Source: Ignavibacteriales bacterium (GTDB taxonomy: Bacteria > Bacteroidota > Ignavibacteria > Ignavibacteriales > Ignavibacteriaceae). Taken from it: a stretch of 64,000 nucleotides of DNA. Under the pieces are notes generated by a model, which saw nothing but the letters and a program-made list of their open reading frames with translations, was not told the origin of the DNA and ran no database searches. The stretch lies in the NCBI GenBank assembly GCA_016707115.1, contig JADJIH010000001.1, positions 751,102 through 815,101 on the forward strand, read 5' to 3'. Positions 1-8,928 of the stretch are shown here, piece after piece (the stretch's first letter is position 1; every line of letters starts with the position of its first letter). A program made the translations under genes and the position numbers.

Positions 1-1151
1 TTGATGGAAATGAATACATCGACTATCAAATGGGTATCGGTCCTATCTCACTCGGCTATGCTTATGATAAAGTTGACGAAGCAATTAGAGAACAACTAAA
101 AGATGGAATAACTTTTTCTCTAATGCATCCGCTTGAAGTTGAAGTTGCAGAGTTAATTCACAAAGTTGTTCCAAATGCAGAATCAATTCGTTACAGCAAA
201 GTTGGTGCAGATGTTACTTCTGCTGCTGTTAGATTGGCCCGCGCTTTTACAAAACGTGATAAAGTTTTATGCTGCGGTTATCATGGCTGGCACGATTGGT
301 ACATTGCAGTGACCGATCGCAACAAAGGAATTCCACAATCAATTCAGGATATGACTTACACAATTAATTATAATGATATTCAATCGGTTATTGATTCGAT
401 TGATGAAGATACTGCCTGTGTGATTTTAGAACCTTATGTTTTTGAAGAACCAAAAGATAATTTTTTACAGAAACTTCGTGATGTTTGTACAAATAATGGA
501 ACATTATTAATCTTTGATGAAATGTGGAGTGGTTTTAGAATCGCAATTGGAGGAGCACAGGAATATTTTAGCGTTAATGCTGATCTGGCTTGTTTTTCAA
601 AAGCTGTTGCTAATGGAATGCCGATTTCTATTCTAACTGGAAGAAAAGATGTAATGTCTTTGCTTGAACAGGAAGTTTTTTTCTTCACTACATTTGGTGG
701 TGAAGCACTTTCATTAGCTGCTGCTAAAGCTACAATCAATGAAATGATTAATAAAAATGTTCCGGCACAATTAGCAAATCAAGGAAACAAATTAAAAATT
801 GGATACAATAAAATCGCAGAAGAACTAGGAATGAATTACACAAAATGTTCTGGATTTGATTGCAGAACAATTATAACTTTTGATTCTTCTGCTGGAAATC
901 CACTTGAGATGAAATCGCTTGTTCAACAGGAAATGATTAAACGCGGAATTCTATGGGGAGGATTTCATAATATGTCTTTCTCACATTCTGATTCCGATAT
1001 TGAATACACATTAAAAGCTTATAAAGAAGTTCTTCCAATTCTAAAAAAAGCTGTTGAGGAGAATAATGTTAAAGGATATTTAAAAGGTGAGCCTGTTGGC
1101 CCAGTGTTTAGAAAAGTTAGTAACTTTAATATGAAACCAAGAAAGAAATAA
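1..1151 (+). CDS. class-III PLP aminotransferase (glutamate-1-semialdehyde aminomutase-like), 5' end cut by window edge
   Basis: The ORF 30..1151 frame stays open back to nt 3 (DGNEYIDYQ-MGIGP...). Family-typical blocks are GYHGWHDWY, LIFDEMWSGFR and FSKAVANGMP. Confidence 0.85.
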   Translation, partial: DGNEYIDYQMGIGPISLGYAYDKVDEAIREQLKDGITFSLMHPLEVEVAELIHKVVPNAESIRYSKVGADVTSAAVRLARAFTKRDKVLCCGYHGWHDWYIAVTDRNKGIPQSIQDMTYTINYNDIQSVIDSIDEDTACVILEPYVFEEPKDNFLQKLRDVCTNNGTLLIFDEMWSGFRIAIGGAQEYFSVNADLACFSKAVANGMPISILTGRKDVMSLLEQEVFFFTTFGGEALSLAAAKATINEMINKNVPAQLANQGNKLKIGYNKIAEELGMNYTKCSGFDCRTIITFDSSAGNPLEMKSLVQQEMIKRGILWGGFHNMSFSHSDSDIEYTLKAYKEVLPILKKAVEENNVKGYLKGEPVGPVFRKVSNFNMKPRKK

Positions 1152-1155
1152 CTTA

Positions 1156-1228
1156 ATGTCAGACTGAGCCAGTTGAAGGCTGACATAACTAAATTAATCA
1201 ATTCACACTTTGACTTCGCTCAGTGTGA
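1156..1228. repeat. intergenic double-hairpin palindromic element, related to the 3494 and 24426 copies
   Basis: Hairpin ATGTCAG/CTGACAT (1156-1186) and hairpin TCACACT/AGTGTGA (1203-1228) flank an AT core aaattaatcaat. CTGAGC.../...GCTCAG arms are inverted across the whole element. Confidence 0.5.
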
Positions 1229-1249
1229 CGTAGATAAGACTAAATATTT

Positions 1250-2062
1250 ATGAATTCATTAGAACTATTCTCATTAAAAAACAAAGTTGCAATTGTAACA
1301 GGTGCACTTGGTTTGATCGGAAAAAATCATTGTGTTGCACTTTCCGATGCAGGTGCTAATGTTATAATTTGCGATCTTGATGAAACAGAGTGCAAAGAGT
1401 TTGCTTCTTCCCTTTCAACCAAATCACTTGGAGTTGGAGTTGATATCACCAATAAATCCTCGGTTGAAAATCTAAGAGATAAGACTATAAAAGAATTTGG
1501 CAGGATTGATATTCTTGTAAACAATGCTGCAATAAATGATATGTTTGAAAATCCACTAGCAGCCGCAGAACAATCTATGTTTGAAAACTACCCGTTGGAT
1601 ATGTGGCAAAAATCTTTGGATGTAAATGTAACAGGAACATTTCTCTGTTCTCAAATTATTGGAAGCGAAATGGCAAAAGCCGGTAAAGGAAGTATTATAA
1701 ATGTTGCATCAACTTATGGATTGGTTGGACCTGACCAATCAATTTACAAAAAACCAGATGGCTCACAATCATTTTATAAATCGCCTGCTTATCCCGCAAC
1801 AAAAGGCGCAATTGTAAACTTTACAAGATTTCTTGCAGCATATTGGGGCAATAAAGGCGTTCGAGTAAATACACTTACACCTGGTGGAGTTGAAAATAAT
1901 CAAGATGAATATTTTATAAATAATTATTCCGCTAAAACACCTTTAGGCAGAATGGCATATCCATCAGATTACAAAGGTGCAATAATATTTTTAGCAAGTG
2001 ATGCTTCATCTTACATGACTGGAGCAAATCTAATCGTGGATGGAGGATGGACAGCATGGTAG
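1250..2062 (+). CDS. short-chain dehydrogenase/reductase (SDR) family oxidoreductase
   Basis: Rossmann block [11 protein letters not shown], an NNAA motif and the catalytic YPATK (YxxxK). Length is 270 aa. Confidence 0.85.
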   Translation: MNSLELFSLKNKVAIVTGALGLIGKNHCVALSDAGANVIICDLDETECKEFASSLSTKSLGVGVDITNKSSVENLRDKTIKEFGRIDILVNNAAINDMFENPLAAAEQSMFENYPLDMWQKSLDVNVTGTFLCSQIIGSEMAKAGKGSIINVASTYGLVGPDQSIYKKPDGSQSFYKSPAYPATKGAIVNFTRFLAAYWGNKGVRVNTLTPGGVENNQDEYFINNYSAKTPLGRMAYPSDYKGAIIFLASDASSYMTGANLIVDGGWTAW

Positions 2063-2586
2063 TTGATCAAAAACTTAAAGAGAAAAATCTTCACTTAAAA
2101 GAAAAGGCAGAAAAGATAAAAGTTATCTTAACTGATGTTGATGGAGTTTTAACTGATACAGGAATTTATTATGGTCCTCAGGGAGAGGCTTTTAAGAGAT
2201 ATTCAGTAAGAGACGGAATGGGAGTTGAACGCCTGAGAAAGTATGCAGGTATTGAGACAATAATAATTACAGGTGAAAATTCAGCGGCGGTAAAATCACG
2301 AGCGGAAAAATTAAAAATGACAGAATTTTATCTTGGAGTTAAAAAGAAAGAAGAAGTTCTTGAAATAATTAAACAAAAGAATGGTTTTGCTAAAGATGAA
2401 ATCGCTTATATCGGTGATGATTCTAATGATTATGATGTGATGAAGCTTTGCGGATTTACTGCAACTCCCAATGATGGAATGAGTTTTATAAAAGATATTG
2501 CCGATTATGTTTGCGAAACCAAGGCTGGTAACGGAGCATTTCGTGAGTTCGCAGAATTAATTTTAGCATTTAAGAATAATTCTTAA
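2047..2586 (+). CDS. KdsC-family (type C0 HAD) sugar-acid phosphate phosphatase
   Basis: HAD motif [11 protein letters not shown] and motif [12 protein letters not shown]. It is 179 aa with no cap domain. The start overlaps the SDR stop. Confidence 0.85.
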   Translation: MDSMVVDQKLKEKNLHLKEKAEKIKVILTDVDGVLTDTGIYYGPQGEAFKRYSVRDGMGVERLRKYAGIETIIITGENSAAVKSRAEKLKMTEFYLGVKKKEEVLEIIKQKNGFAKDEIAYIGDDSNDYDVMKLCGFTATPNDGMSFIKDIADYVCETKAGNGAFREFAELILAFKNNS

Positions 2587-2605
2587 AACATTTTGAAAGA
2601 ATTTT

Positions 2606-3484
2606 ATGAGCAAAAGAGAAATTAAAGTTGGCGCTCGTTTTATTGGTGATGGTCATCCTGTTTTTGTAATAGGAGAAATCGGAATCAATCATAATGGTGA
2701 TGTTGAAATTGCAAAAAAAATAATTGCTGGTGCAAAGCACGCAGGATGCGATGCTGTAAAATTTCAAAAACGAACTCCTGAAATTTGTACGCCCAAAGAT
2801 CAATGGAATATTGAACGCGATACTCCCTGGGGTAGAATGACTTATATTGATTACAGACACAAAGTTGAGTTTGGTGAAAAAGAATACTCCGAGATTGATA
2901 AGTATTGCAAAGAAATTGGAATGATTTGGTTTGCATCCTGCTGGGATGAAGAAGCGGTTGATTTTATTGAACAATTTAATCCTCCGCTTTACAAAACTGC
3001 ATCAGCATCATTAACTGATTTTAGTTTACTTGAAAAACATAAAAAGCTAAACAAACCGATAATGATGTCAACCGGAATGTCAACAATGGAACAGATTGAT
3101 AAGGCTATTTCATTAATGGATAAAAATAATTTAATGATTGCTCACGCTACTTCTTCGTATCCTTGCAAGAATGAAGAATTAAATCTTAAAATGATCGAAA
3201 CGCTTAAGCAAAAGTATACTGAAATTCCAGTTGGTTATAGCGGACACGAAGTCGGTTTGGCTCCAACCTGGGCTGCTGTTGCTCTTGGTGCTTGCTTTGT
3301 AGAACGGCACATAACTTTAGATCGCGCTATGTGGGGAACTGATCAAGCTGCTTCTGTTGAAGTTGGCGGAATGGAAAGATTAGTTGGAAATATTCGTGAT
3401 ATAGAAATTTCATTAGGCGATGGAATAAAAAAAGTTTACGATAGCGAACTTGGACAAATTAAAAAATTAAGAAGAGTTAAGTAA
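2606..3484 (+). CDS. NeuB-family sialic-acid-type (nonulosonate / KDN-9-P-like) synthase lacking a C-terminal SAF domain
   Basis: NeuB N-terminal block FVIGEIGINHNGDVEIAKKII..AK.AGCDAVKFQKR plus YSGHEVG and the ERHITLD block. At 292 aa it ends just after the barrel. Confidence 0.8.
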   Translation: MSKREIKVGARFIGDGHPVFVIGEIGINHNGDVEIAKKIIAGAKHAGCDAVKFQKRTPEICTPKDQWNIERDTPWGRMTYIDYRHKVEFGEKEYSEIDKYCKEIGMIWFASCWDEEAVDFIEQFNPPLYKTASASLTDFSLLEKHKKLNKPIMMSTGMSTMEQIDKAISLMDKNNLMIAHATSSYPCKNEELNLKMIETLKQKYTEIPVGYSGHEVGLAPTWAAVALGACFVERHITLDRAMWGTDQAASVEVGGMERLVGNIRDIEISLGDGIKKVYDSELGQIKKLRRVK

Positions 3485-3493
3485 TCAAACACA

Positions 3494-3579
3494 GTCATTG
3501 CGAAACAGTCTTCGAACGAAGAAATCTGATTATTAATTAGATTGCTTCAGTCACCCTAAAAGGATTCCCTCGCAATGAC
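3494..3579. repeat. nested-palindrome intergenic repeat (GTCATTGCGA...TCGCAATGAC), copy A
   Basis: 10-nt perfect terminal inverted arms (3494-3503 / 3570-3579). An inner hairpin GAAGAAATCT/AGATTGCTTC surrounds the TTAATTAG core. It shares blocks with 24426..24500. Confidence 0.65.
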
Positions 3580-3592
3580 AAAACTATAGATT

Positions 3593-4432
3593 ATGAAAGC
3601 AAACATTTTATCAGAAATATTTACTACTGTTTACAATTATGTAAATAGTTTGTCTCCTGCAGAAATAATTTCCACATCATTAATTATTCTTGCGGCAATA
3701 GTATTTGTAATTCTGGAAAGATTATTTCCTTATACAAAGGACCAAAAGATTTTGCGTGAAGGTTTCTTTGATGATTTTGCAATGTACACGATTGCTCAAA
3801 ATTATATTTTAAGCATTTTAATTTTTGGTGTGATAATTAATTTTATTGATAACTCAACAGGAATCTCGAGATTACAATTATTTGCTAAAGTACCAATCTG
3901 GGCACAGTTAATTTTCTTTGTAGTTACTCACGATCTTTATATTTATTGGATGCATCGATGGATGCACAAAAATAAATGGTTATGGAGATTACACGAAGCG
4001 CATCACTCACCAAAAAAAGTAGATTGGCTTTCCGGTTCACGTTCACATCCATTAGAAATCATTTTAAACCAAACAATTGAGTTTGCGCCAATAATTTTAC
4101 TTGGTGCACCGGTTGAAGTTATTGCATACAAAGGCTTGATAAGTGCTGTTTGGGGAATGTACATTCATTGTAATGTTGATATAAAATCCGGCTGGCTGCA
4201 AAAAATAATTAATGGACCGGAAATGCACCGCTGGCATCACTCAACCGGTAAAGGAAGAAACAGAAACTTTGCTACAAAATTTGCTTTTTGGGATTGGATG
4301 TTTGGTACAGCTTACTTACCAGAAACTAAAGCTGATGAATATGGATTGAAGACATACTTCCCTGCCCATTACATTTCTCAAACATTGTTTGTTTTTAGAA
4401 GCTTTAAGAAAGTTAAGCAGAAAGAAAACTAA
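3593..4432 (+). CDS. fatty acid hydroxylase / sterol desaturase superfamily membrane di-iron enzyme
   Basis: Three His boxes: HDLYIYWMHRWMH, HEAHH and HRWHH. There are several hydrophobic segments. Confidence 0.8.
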   Translation: MKANILSEIFTTVYNYVNSLSPAEIISTSLIILAAIVFVILERLFPYTKDQKILREGFFDDFAMYTIAQNYILSILIFGVIINFIDNSTGISRLQLFAKVPIWAQLIFFVVTHDLYIYWMHRWMHKNKWLWRLHEAHHSPKKVDWLSGSRSHPLEIILNQTIEFAPIILLGAPVEVIAYKGLISAVWGMYIHCNVDIKSGWLQKIINGPEMHRWHHSTGKGRNRNFATKFAFWDWMFGTAYLPETKADEYGLKTYFPAHYISQTLFVFRSFKKVKQKEN

Positions 4433-4442
4433 CTCAATAATA

Positions 4443-4628
4443 TTAATACCCATCAATAGAATAAGAACTATAAATCAATTCGTATTCTTGCAGCCATTCA
4501 TTATCAGTTTTTGATGTTTCAGTTGAATTCTGATTGGAATCATCTTTATCGCTATCCTCATCTGCATGATTCTTTTTCAACGGTTTTAATTTACTTAAGT
4601 AAGTAAAAAATAAATTAGATTTTTGCAT
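4443..4628 (-). CDS. hypothetical small acidic protein (61 aa)
   Basis: It is the only ORF in the 290-nt gap downstream of the pstS-like gene. It is low-complexity and acidic, with no recognisable motif. Confidence 0.3.
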   Translation of the reverse strand: MQKSNLFFTYLSKLKPLKKNHADEDSDKDDSNQNSTETSKTDNEWLQEYELIYSSYSIDGY

Positions 4629-4723
4629 AAATGTTCCTTCTTTTTATTTAAAGATAAATCTATACAAGCAATTACAAATTAAGAGAATATTATTATAATG
4701 TTAAGGAATGATTAAGAGAGTTG

Positions 4724-5557
4724 TTACAATTTATTTTCCCACAAAGGAATAAAACCAGCTTTTCTTACCACACTTTGCCCTGCAGGTGAAAGCACCCAAT
4801 CAATAAATCGCTTTACTTCACCTCCAGGTGATTTTGTAGTAAAAAAATGTAAGTACCTGATAATTGGATAAGTATCATTTCTAACATTTGTTTCACTTGG
4901 TTCTACTCCATCGATTTTAATGTGTTTTACCTTTCCGGTGTATCCCATTCCGCCATAACCAATTGCATTTATATTTTGTTCAACATATTTCACTATTTCG
5001 CGTGTGGTAGGTATGATGATAGAATTGTCTCCATATTCCTCCGCATCTAAGACATGATCTTTGAAATAAAGATAAGTGCCCGAATTCGGGTTTCTGGTTA
5101 CAGGTTGAATTAATGTATCAACCCCGCCAACTGTTTTCCAATTATTTATATCACCAATGTAAATTTTTTTTAGTTGATTAAAAGTTAAATTTTGAACCGG
5201 ATTTTCAGGATGCAAATAAATACTGAGAGCGTCTTTCGCTATCAGAAATACTAATCCAAGTGATCTATAATAATCTGCAAGTGCTTTAGCCTCTTCAGGT
5301 TTTAGATTACGTGATGCAGTGCAGATATCAATCTCACCTTTAATAAGTTGTCTTATTCCAGCAGCCGTTCCTCCCCCATCAACCTTAACAGAAATTCCTG
5401 GATGATCTTTCATATATTCTTCAGCAAGCTTAGAAGTCAATTCAAACATAGTATCAGAGCCGGAAATTGTTACAATATTATTTTTGGAAATGTTACTTGA
5501 ACAACCTGCTGTAAAAACAATATACGCTATAAAATATATTAGGAATTTATTTCTCAT
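4724..5557 (-). CDS. pstS: PstS-family phosphate-binding lipoprotein (orphan, no pstCAB nearby)
   Basis: Lipobox FTAGCSS. PBP-like blocks GSDTM...L...Y and VDGGGTAAGI, plus the ASR..K.EE region. Confidence 0.75.
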   Translation of the reverse strand: MRNKFLIYFIAYIVFTAGCSSNISKNNIVTISGSDTMFELTSKLAEEYMKDHPGISVKVDGGGTAAGIRQLIKGEIDICTASRNLKPEEAKALADYYRSLGLVFLIAKDALSIYLHPENPVQNLTFNQLKKIYIGDINNWKTVGGVDTLIQPVTRNPNSGTYLYFKDHVLDAEEYGDNSIIIPTTREIVKYVEQNINAIGYGGMGYTGKVKHIKIDGVEPSETNVRNDTYPIIRYLHFFTTKSPGGEVKRFIDWVLSPAGQSVVRKAGFIPLWENKL

Positions 5558-7205
5558 CTATTTCTCTTCCGCAATGGATTGTAATCTTGCATTTATAAAT
5601 GGAGATCCTGATTTCCATTCAGGTTCTGTTTTACTGTTCGCTAACTGATAACAAAAATCAAAAAGTACTTTGGTATGTTTCTCGGCAGCTTTATAATCTA
5701 TGTTTTGATTTATATCATCTTGAGGACTATGGTAACGATTAATATAATAATCTATAAAAGCCTCAACTACTTCCGCTTCACTTTTACTTTTATTTTTTGT
5801 TCCTTCAAGAATTATGATAGAAGGTATGCCAGCCTTAGCAAATGCAAGCTGATCTGAATTATTAAAAGCACCAACCCGTCTGAATTGCGGTGGAATGTCT
5901 TGAAGTTCTAAACTGTAATTATCTGTTGTGATATTTAACGATCGATCAAGTGTTGAATATTCCATTCCTATACCAACTATACTAGAAAAATCTTTGAACA
6001 TAGCAATACCATCAATATTAACATTAGCAATTGTTTTGTATAGAGGAACCAGTGGATTATCTGTATAGTAAATTGAACCCAGAAGTCCTTTTTCTTCACC
6101 TGTTGTTGCAATAAAAACTATAGATCTTTTTGGCTTGGATTCTAAAGAGGAAAAAGACTTTGCCAACTCCAGCATTACAGAAACACCAAGAGCGTTATCA
6201 AGTGCTCCGTTGTAAATTGAATCACCCTTTACAGATTCACCTATGCCAAGATGATCGTAGTGAGCGGAGATTATCAAATAAGTATTTTTTAGCTCTGGAT
6301 CAGAGCCTTCTATCATTCCGATTACATTGGATGAAATAAAATCCCGTTCTTTAAATACTCCTCTAAAACGCATTTTAGTTTTTAGATCGAAAGATTTGAT
6401 ACTCTGTTTATCGTGCATCTCAATAACATCTTTAAATGAATATTCTGATCCAAAGAATAATTTATCTGATTCATCAGGATTAATAATGATATTCAAGTTA
6501 CCAGATACAGTATAAGCTAAAGTTACATCTTCAAACTGAAAGTCTTTATTTACATCTTCCCATGATTCATAACTGCTAATAGGTATTTGAATTGTACCGG
6601 CACAACCTCTGGCAAAAGCAATTCTTCGTTTAGATTCCGGGTTAGCATAAATTGTAGGTGATGGTCCGTCAAAGAATTCTTCATCATCGGAAATAGGTTC
6701 TCCGTCAAGATACACAACTATTTTACCCTCAACATCTACAGATTGATAATCGTTATAATCAAATTCAGGAGCCACAATTCCGTATCCAACAAAAACGATT
6801 GGCAAAAATGCCGGCATAAACGTTTGCTGTCCGGACCTGTACAGATAATAATCCTCAGCAAAATACTAAGTTCATTGTATCTTTATCAAGAATAAAAACT
6901 AACTCTGAACCACTAAGTGGATTACTGCCATGCATAGGAATATTTTGAAAATATGAATTGTCTTTTGATATTCTTTTCAAATTTAAATTTGAAAAGAAAT
7001 TAGAAATATAGTTTGCGGCTATCTCGGCACCCATGGTCCCAACTGCCCTGCCTTCCAAAGAATCGTTAGCAAGAACATTGAGATGATTACTAATCGCGCT
7101 TGCTGAGATAGAATTAAAAACATTATAATAAGAATTGTTAGACTGGCTAAAACTTTGGTTAGAAAATAATAGGATTAATAAAATATGTATTGTTGATCTT
7201 TTCAT
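5558..7205 (-). pseudogene. M28-family aminopeptidase with PA domain, split by a frameshift near 6855-6868
   Basis: ORF 6855..7205 encodes the signal peptide and N-terminal region and ends ...NLVFC*. The adjacent frame reads ...YFAEDYYLYRSGQQTF-MPAFLPIVFVGYG into ORF 5558..6817. That ORF carries intact M28 motifs (SAHYDHLG, DNALG, TGEEKGLLGS, NIDG, YHSPQD). Confidence 0.6.
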
Positions 7206-7243
7206 TTGTTCAAAATTAAAAAATCATTTTTAAATACCTAAAC

Positions 7244-7275
7244 AAAAAAAGGACGCTGCAGTAGATGCAGCGTCC
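7244..7275 (-). terminator. rho-independent terminator after the 7307..8911 gene
   Basis: The GGACGCTGCA-gtaga-TGCAGCGTCC stem is followed on the minus strand by TTTTTTTG. Confidence 0.65.
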
Positions 7276-7306
7276 CTCGTCGAAGGAGAGAGGAGAGAGA
7301 ATTTTT

Positions 7307-8911
7307 TTATTTTAATAAAGTCATCTTCTTTGAAATTGAAACTGAACCAGCTTCAATAGTGTAAATGTAAAGACCACTTGATAAATCTTTTGCATTGAAT
7401 GATTTTGAATATCTGCCTGCATTAACAAATTCATTTACTAAAACTGCTACTTCTTGTCCAAGTACATTATAAACAGATAATTTAACATTTGATGCTTCCG
7501 GTACGCTGAAGCTTATAACTGTTGATGGATTAAATGGATTCGGGAAGTTCTGCTCCAATTTAAACTCGGTAACAATACCTAATTCTTCATCATCAACATC
7601 AGTTGTAATTTGTGGATATGTAACCCAGTTTGCTAGCCAGTTTTTTGCGGGATCATTACTTAGCGCACCAGGAAAAGTTGCCGTTGCGTCAAAAAAACCA
7701 TCGTTGGGAGGTGTTGCGCCACCAGTTAAAACTGGTGAGCCAGTAAGTGGTGTAACATTTGGATTTGTTAGATTAAATGGATCGGTCAATAAAACATCAC
7801 TATTATTAGCATATGTTCTTCCACTGCTATTTGTAAACCATGTAGTCGGGGTAAAATTCAAATTACCAGCATTTGCTGTATCGATAGCAGCTGAAGTCCA
7901 GCCTGATACTATAGAGTTGTTTACCCACATATTACCATTAATTGTAGCTTGAACTGTATTTGTTCCATCAATCACTATGCCTCTTGGCCATCCCATTATT
8001 AAAGCGTTAGAAATTTTATTAAGCGATGATCTTCTTAAATGCATTCCTCTTCTATACAATGAATTTATGGTAGTAGACGAATTAGCTTTAGGTCCAATTA
8101 ATGTTACATTCCACCAGGTAGGGCTGGTTCTTGGAGTATTTAATGAACCGGAACCATCGTTATCGGATTCAAATCCATTTGATTGAGACTGATCTGCAAT
8201 TTCAGGGTCTCTTACACTCAATAAAAACTGAAGTTTACCAGAGTATCCGAAGTCAGTATCAAAATCATCATCCCAGCCTCTATAAGCAACAAGGTTCTTA
8301 CAATTTACCGTGCCGCCGAACCACTCATAAGAATCATCTCCACTATAACTAACTTGTATATGGTCAATTACTGTTCCACTTCCAACTCCACCAAAAGTCA
8401 AACCATTAATTTCATTGTTAAGTGAAAAAGCTATACCAGGGTATTCTATTCTTACATATTGCATGGTACCACTATTATCAGCATCATCATTTCCACCGTA
8501 AGAATCACCAGGACCTTCAATCGATGCTGTACCACCAGGAACATTGATCTTTGCATTTCCAAGAAGAATAATTCCACCCCAGTCTCCATAATACGGGCTT
8601 CTTAAAGAACCAGGTTTTGTATATTCACTTGTAAACACTATTGGATTTAATTCGGTACCCATAGCAATTATTTTACCACCTGGTTTTATAATCAATGCAC
8701 CTTGAGATAAATTTTCTCCGTAAATTTTTGTACCTGCTTCAATTGTTAATGTAGCACCTGATTGAACTCTAACAAATCCTTTTAACAAATATGTATTGTT
8801 TGAAGTTAAAGTTGTATTGGAGGTTATATCACCCTGAAGATTAACATCCTGAGCAAGGACTTTAACAACCATTAAAACAAAGAGTAACAGAACAGAAAGT
8901 ATTTTTTTCAT
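7307..8911 (-). CDS. secreted beta-helix-like protein with T9SS C-terminal sorting domain
   Basis: It has a signal peptide and a C-terminus of NFPNPFNPSTVISFSV...VYNVLGQEV...GLYIYTIEAG...KKMTLLK. The core has repetitive Gly/Asn-rich strands (GGIILLGNAKIN, DDSYEWFGGTV). Confidence 0.75.
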   Translation of the reverse strand: MKKILSVLLLFVLMVVKVLAQDVNLQGDITSNTTLTSNNTYLLKGFVRVQSGATLTIEAGTKIYGENLSQGALIIKPGGKIIAMGTELNPIVFTSEYTKPGSLRSPYYGDWGGIILLGNAKINVPGGTASIEGPGDSYGGNDDADNSGTMQYVRIEYPGIAFSLNNEINGLTFGGVGSGTVIDHIQVSYSGDDSYEWFGGTVNCKNLVAYRGWDDDFDTDFGYSGKLQFLLSVRDPEIADQSQSNGFESDNDGSGSLNTPRTSPTWWNVTLIGPKANSSTTINSLYRRGMHLRRSSLNKISNALIMGWPRGIVIDGTNTVQATINGNMWVNNSIVSGWTSAAIDTANAGNLNFTPTTWFTNSSGRTYANNSDVLLTDPFNLTNPNVTPLTGSPVLTGGATPPNDGFFDATATFPGALSNDPAKNWLANWVTYPQITTDVDDEELGIVTEFKLEQNFPNPFNPSTVISFSVPEASNVKLSVYNVLGQEVAVLVNEFVNAGRYSKSFNAKDLSSGLYIYTIEAGSVSISKKMTLLK

Positions 8912-8928
8912 AATATATCCTTTTATAA

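Noticed and set aside
2570-2974. 134-aa minus-strand ORF overlapping the NeuB-like gene (and 434..739 overlapping the aminotransferase)
   Set aside because: The plus-strand genes carry strong family motifs. The antisense translations have no motif and a skewed composition.
7279-7287. The 9-mer CGTCGAAGG occurs both just after the 7307 gene and, reverse-complemented, at 11763-11771 in the receptor leader, bracketing the two-gene unit
   Set aside because: It is a single short match with no extended similarity around it, which is compatible with chance. It is noted only in case more copies turn up genome-wide.
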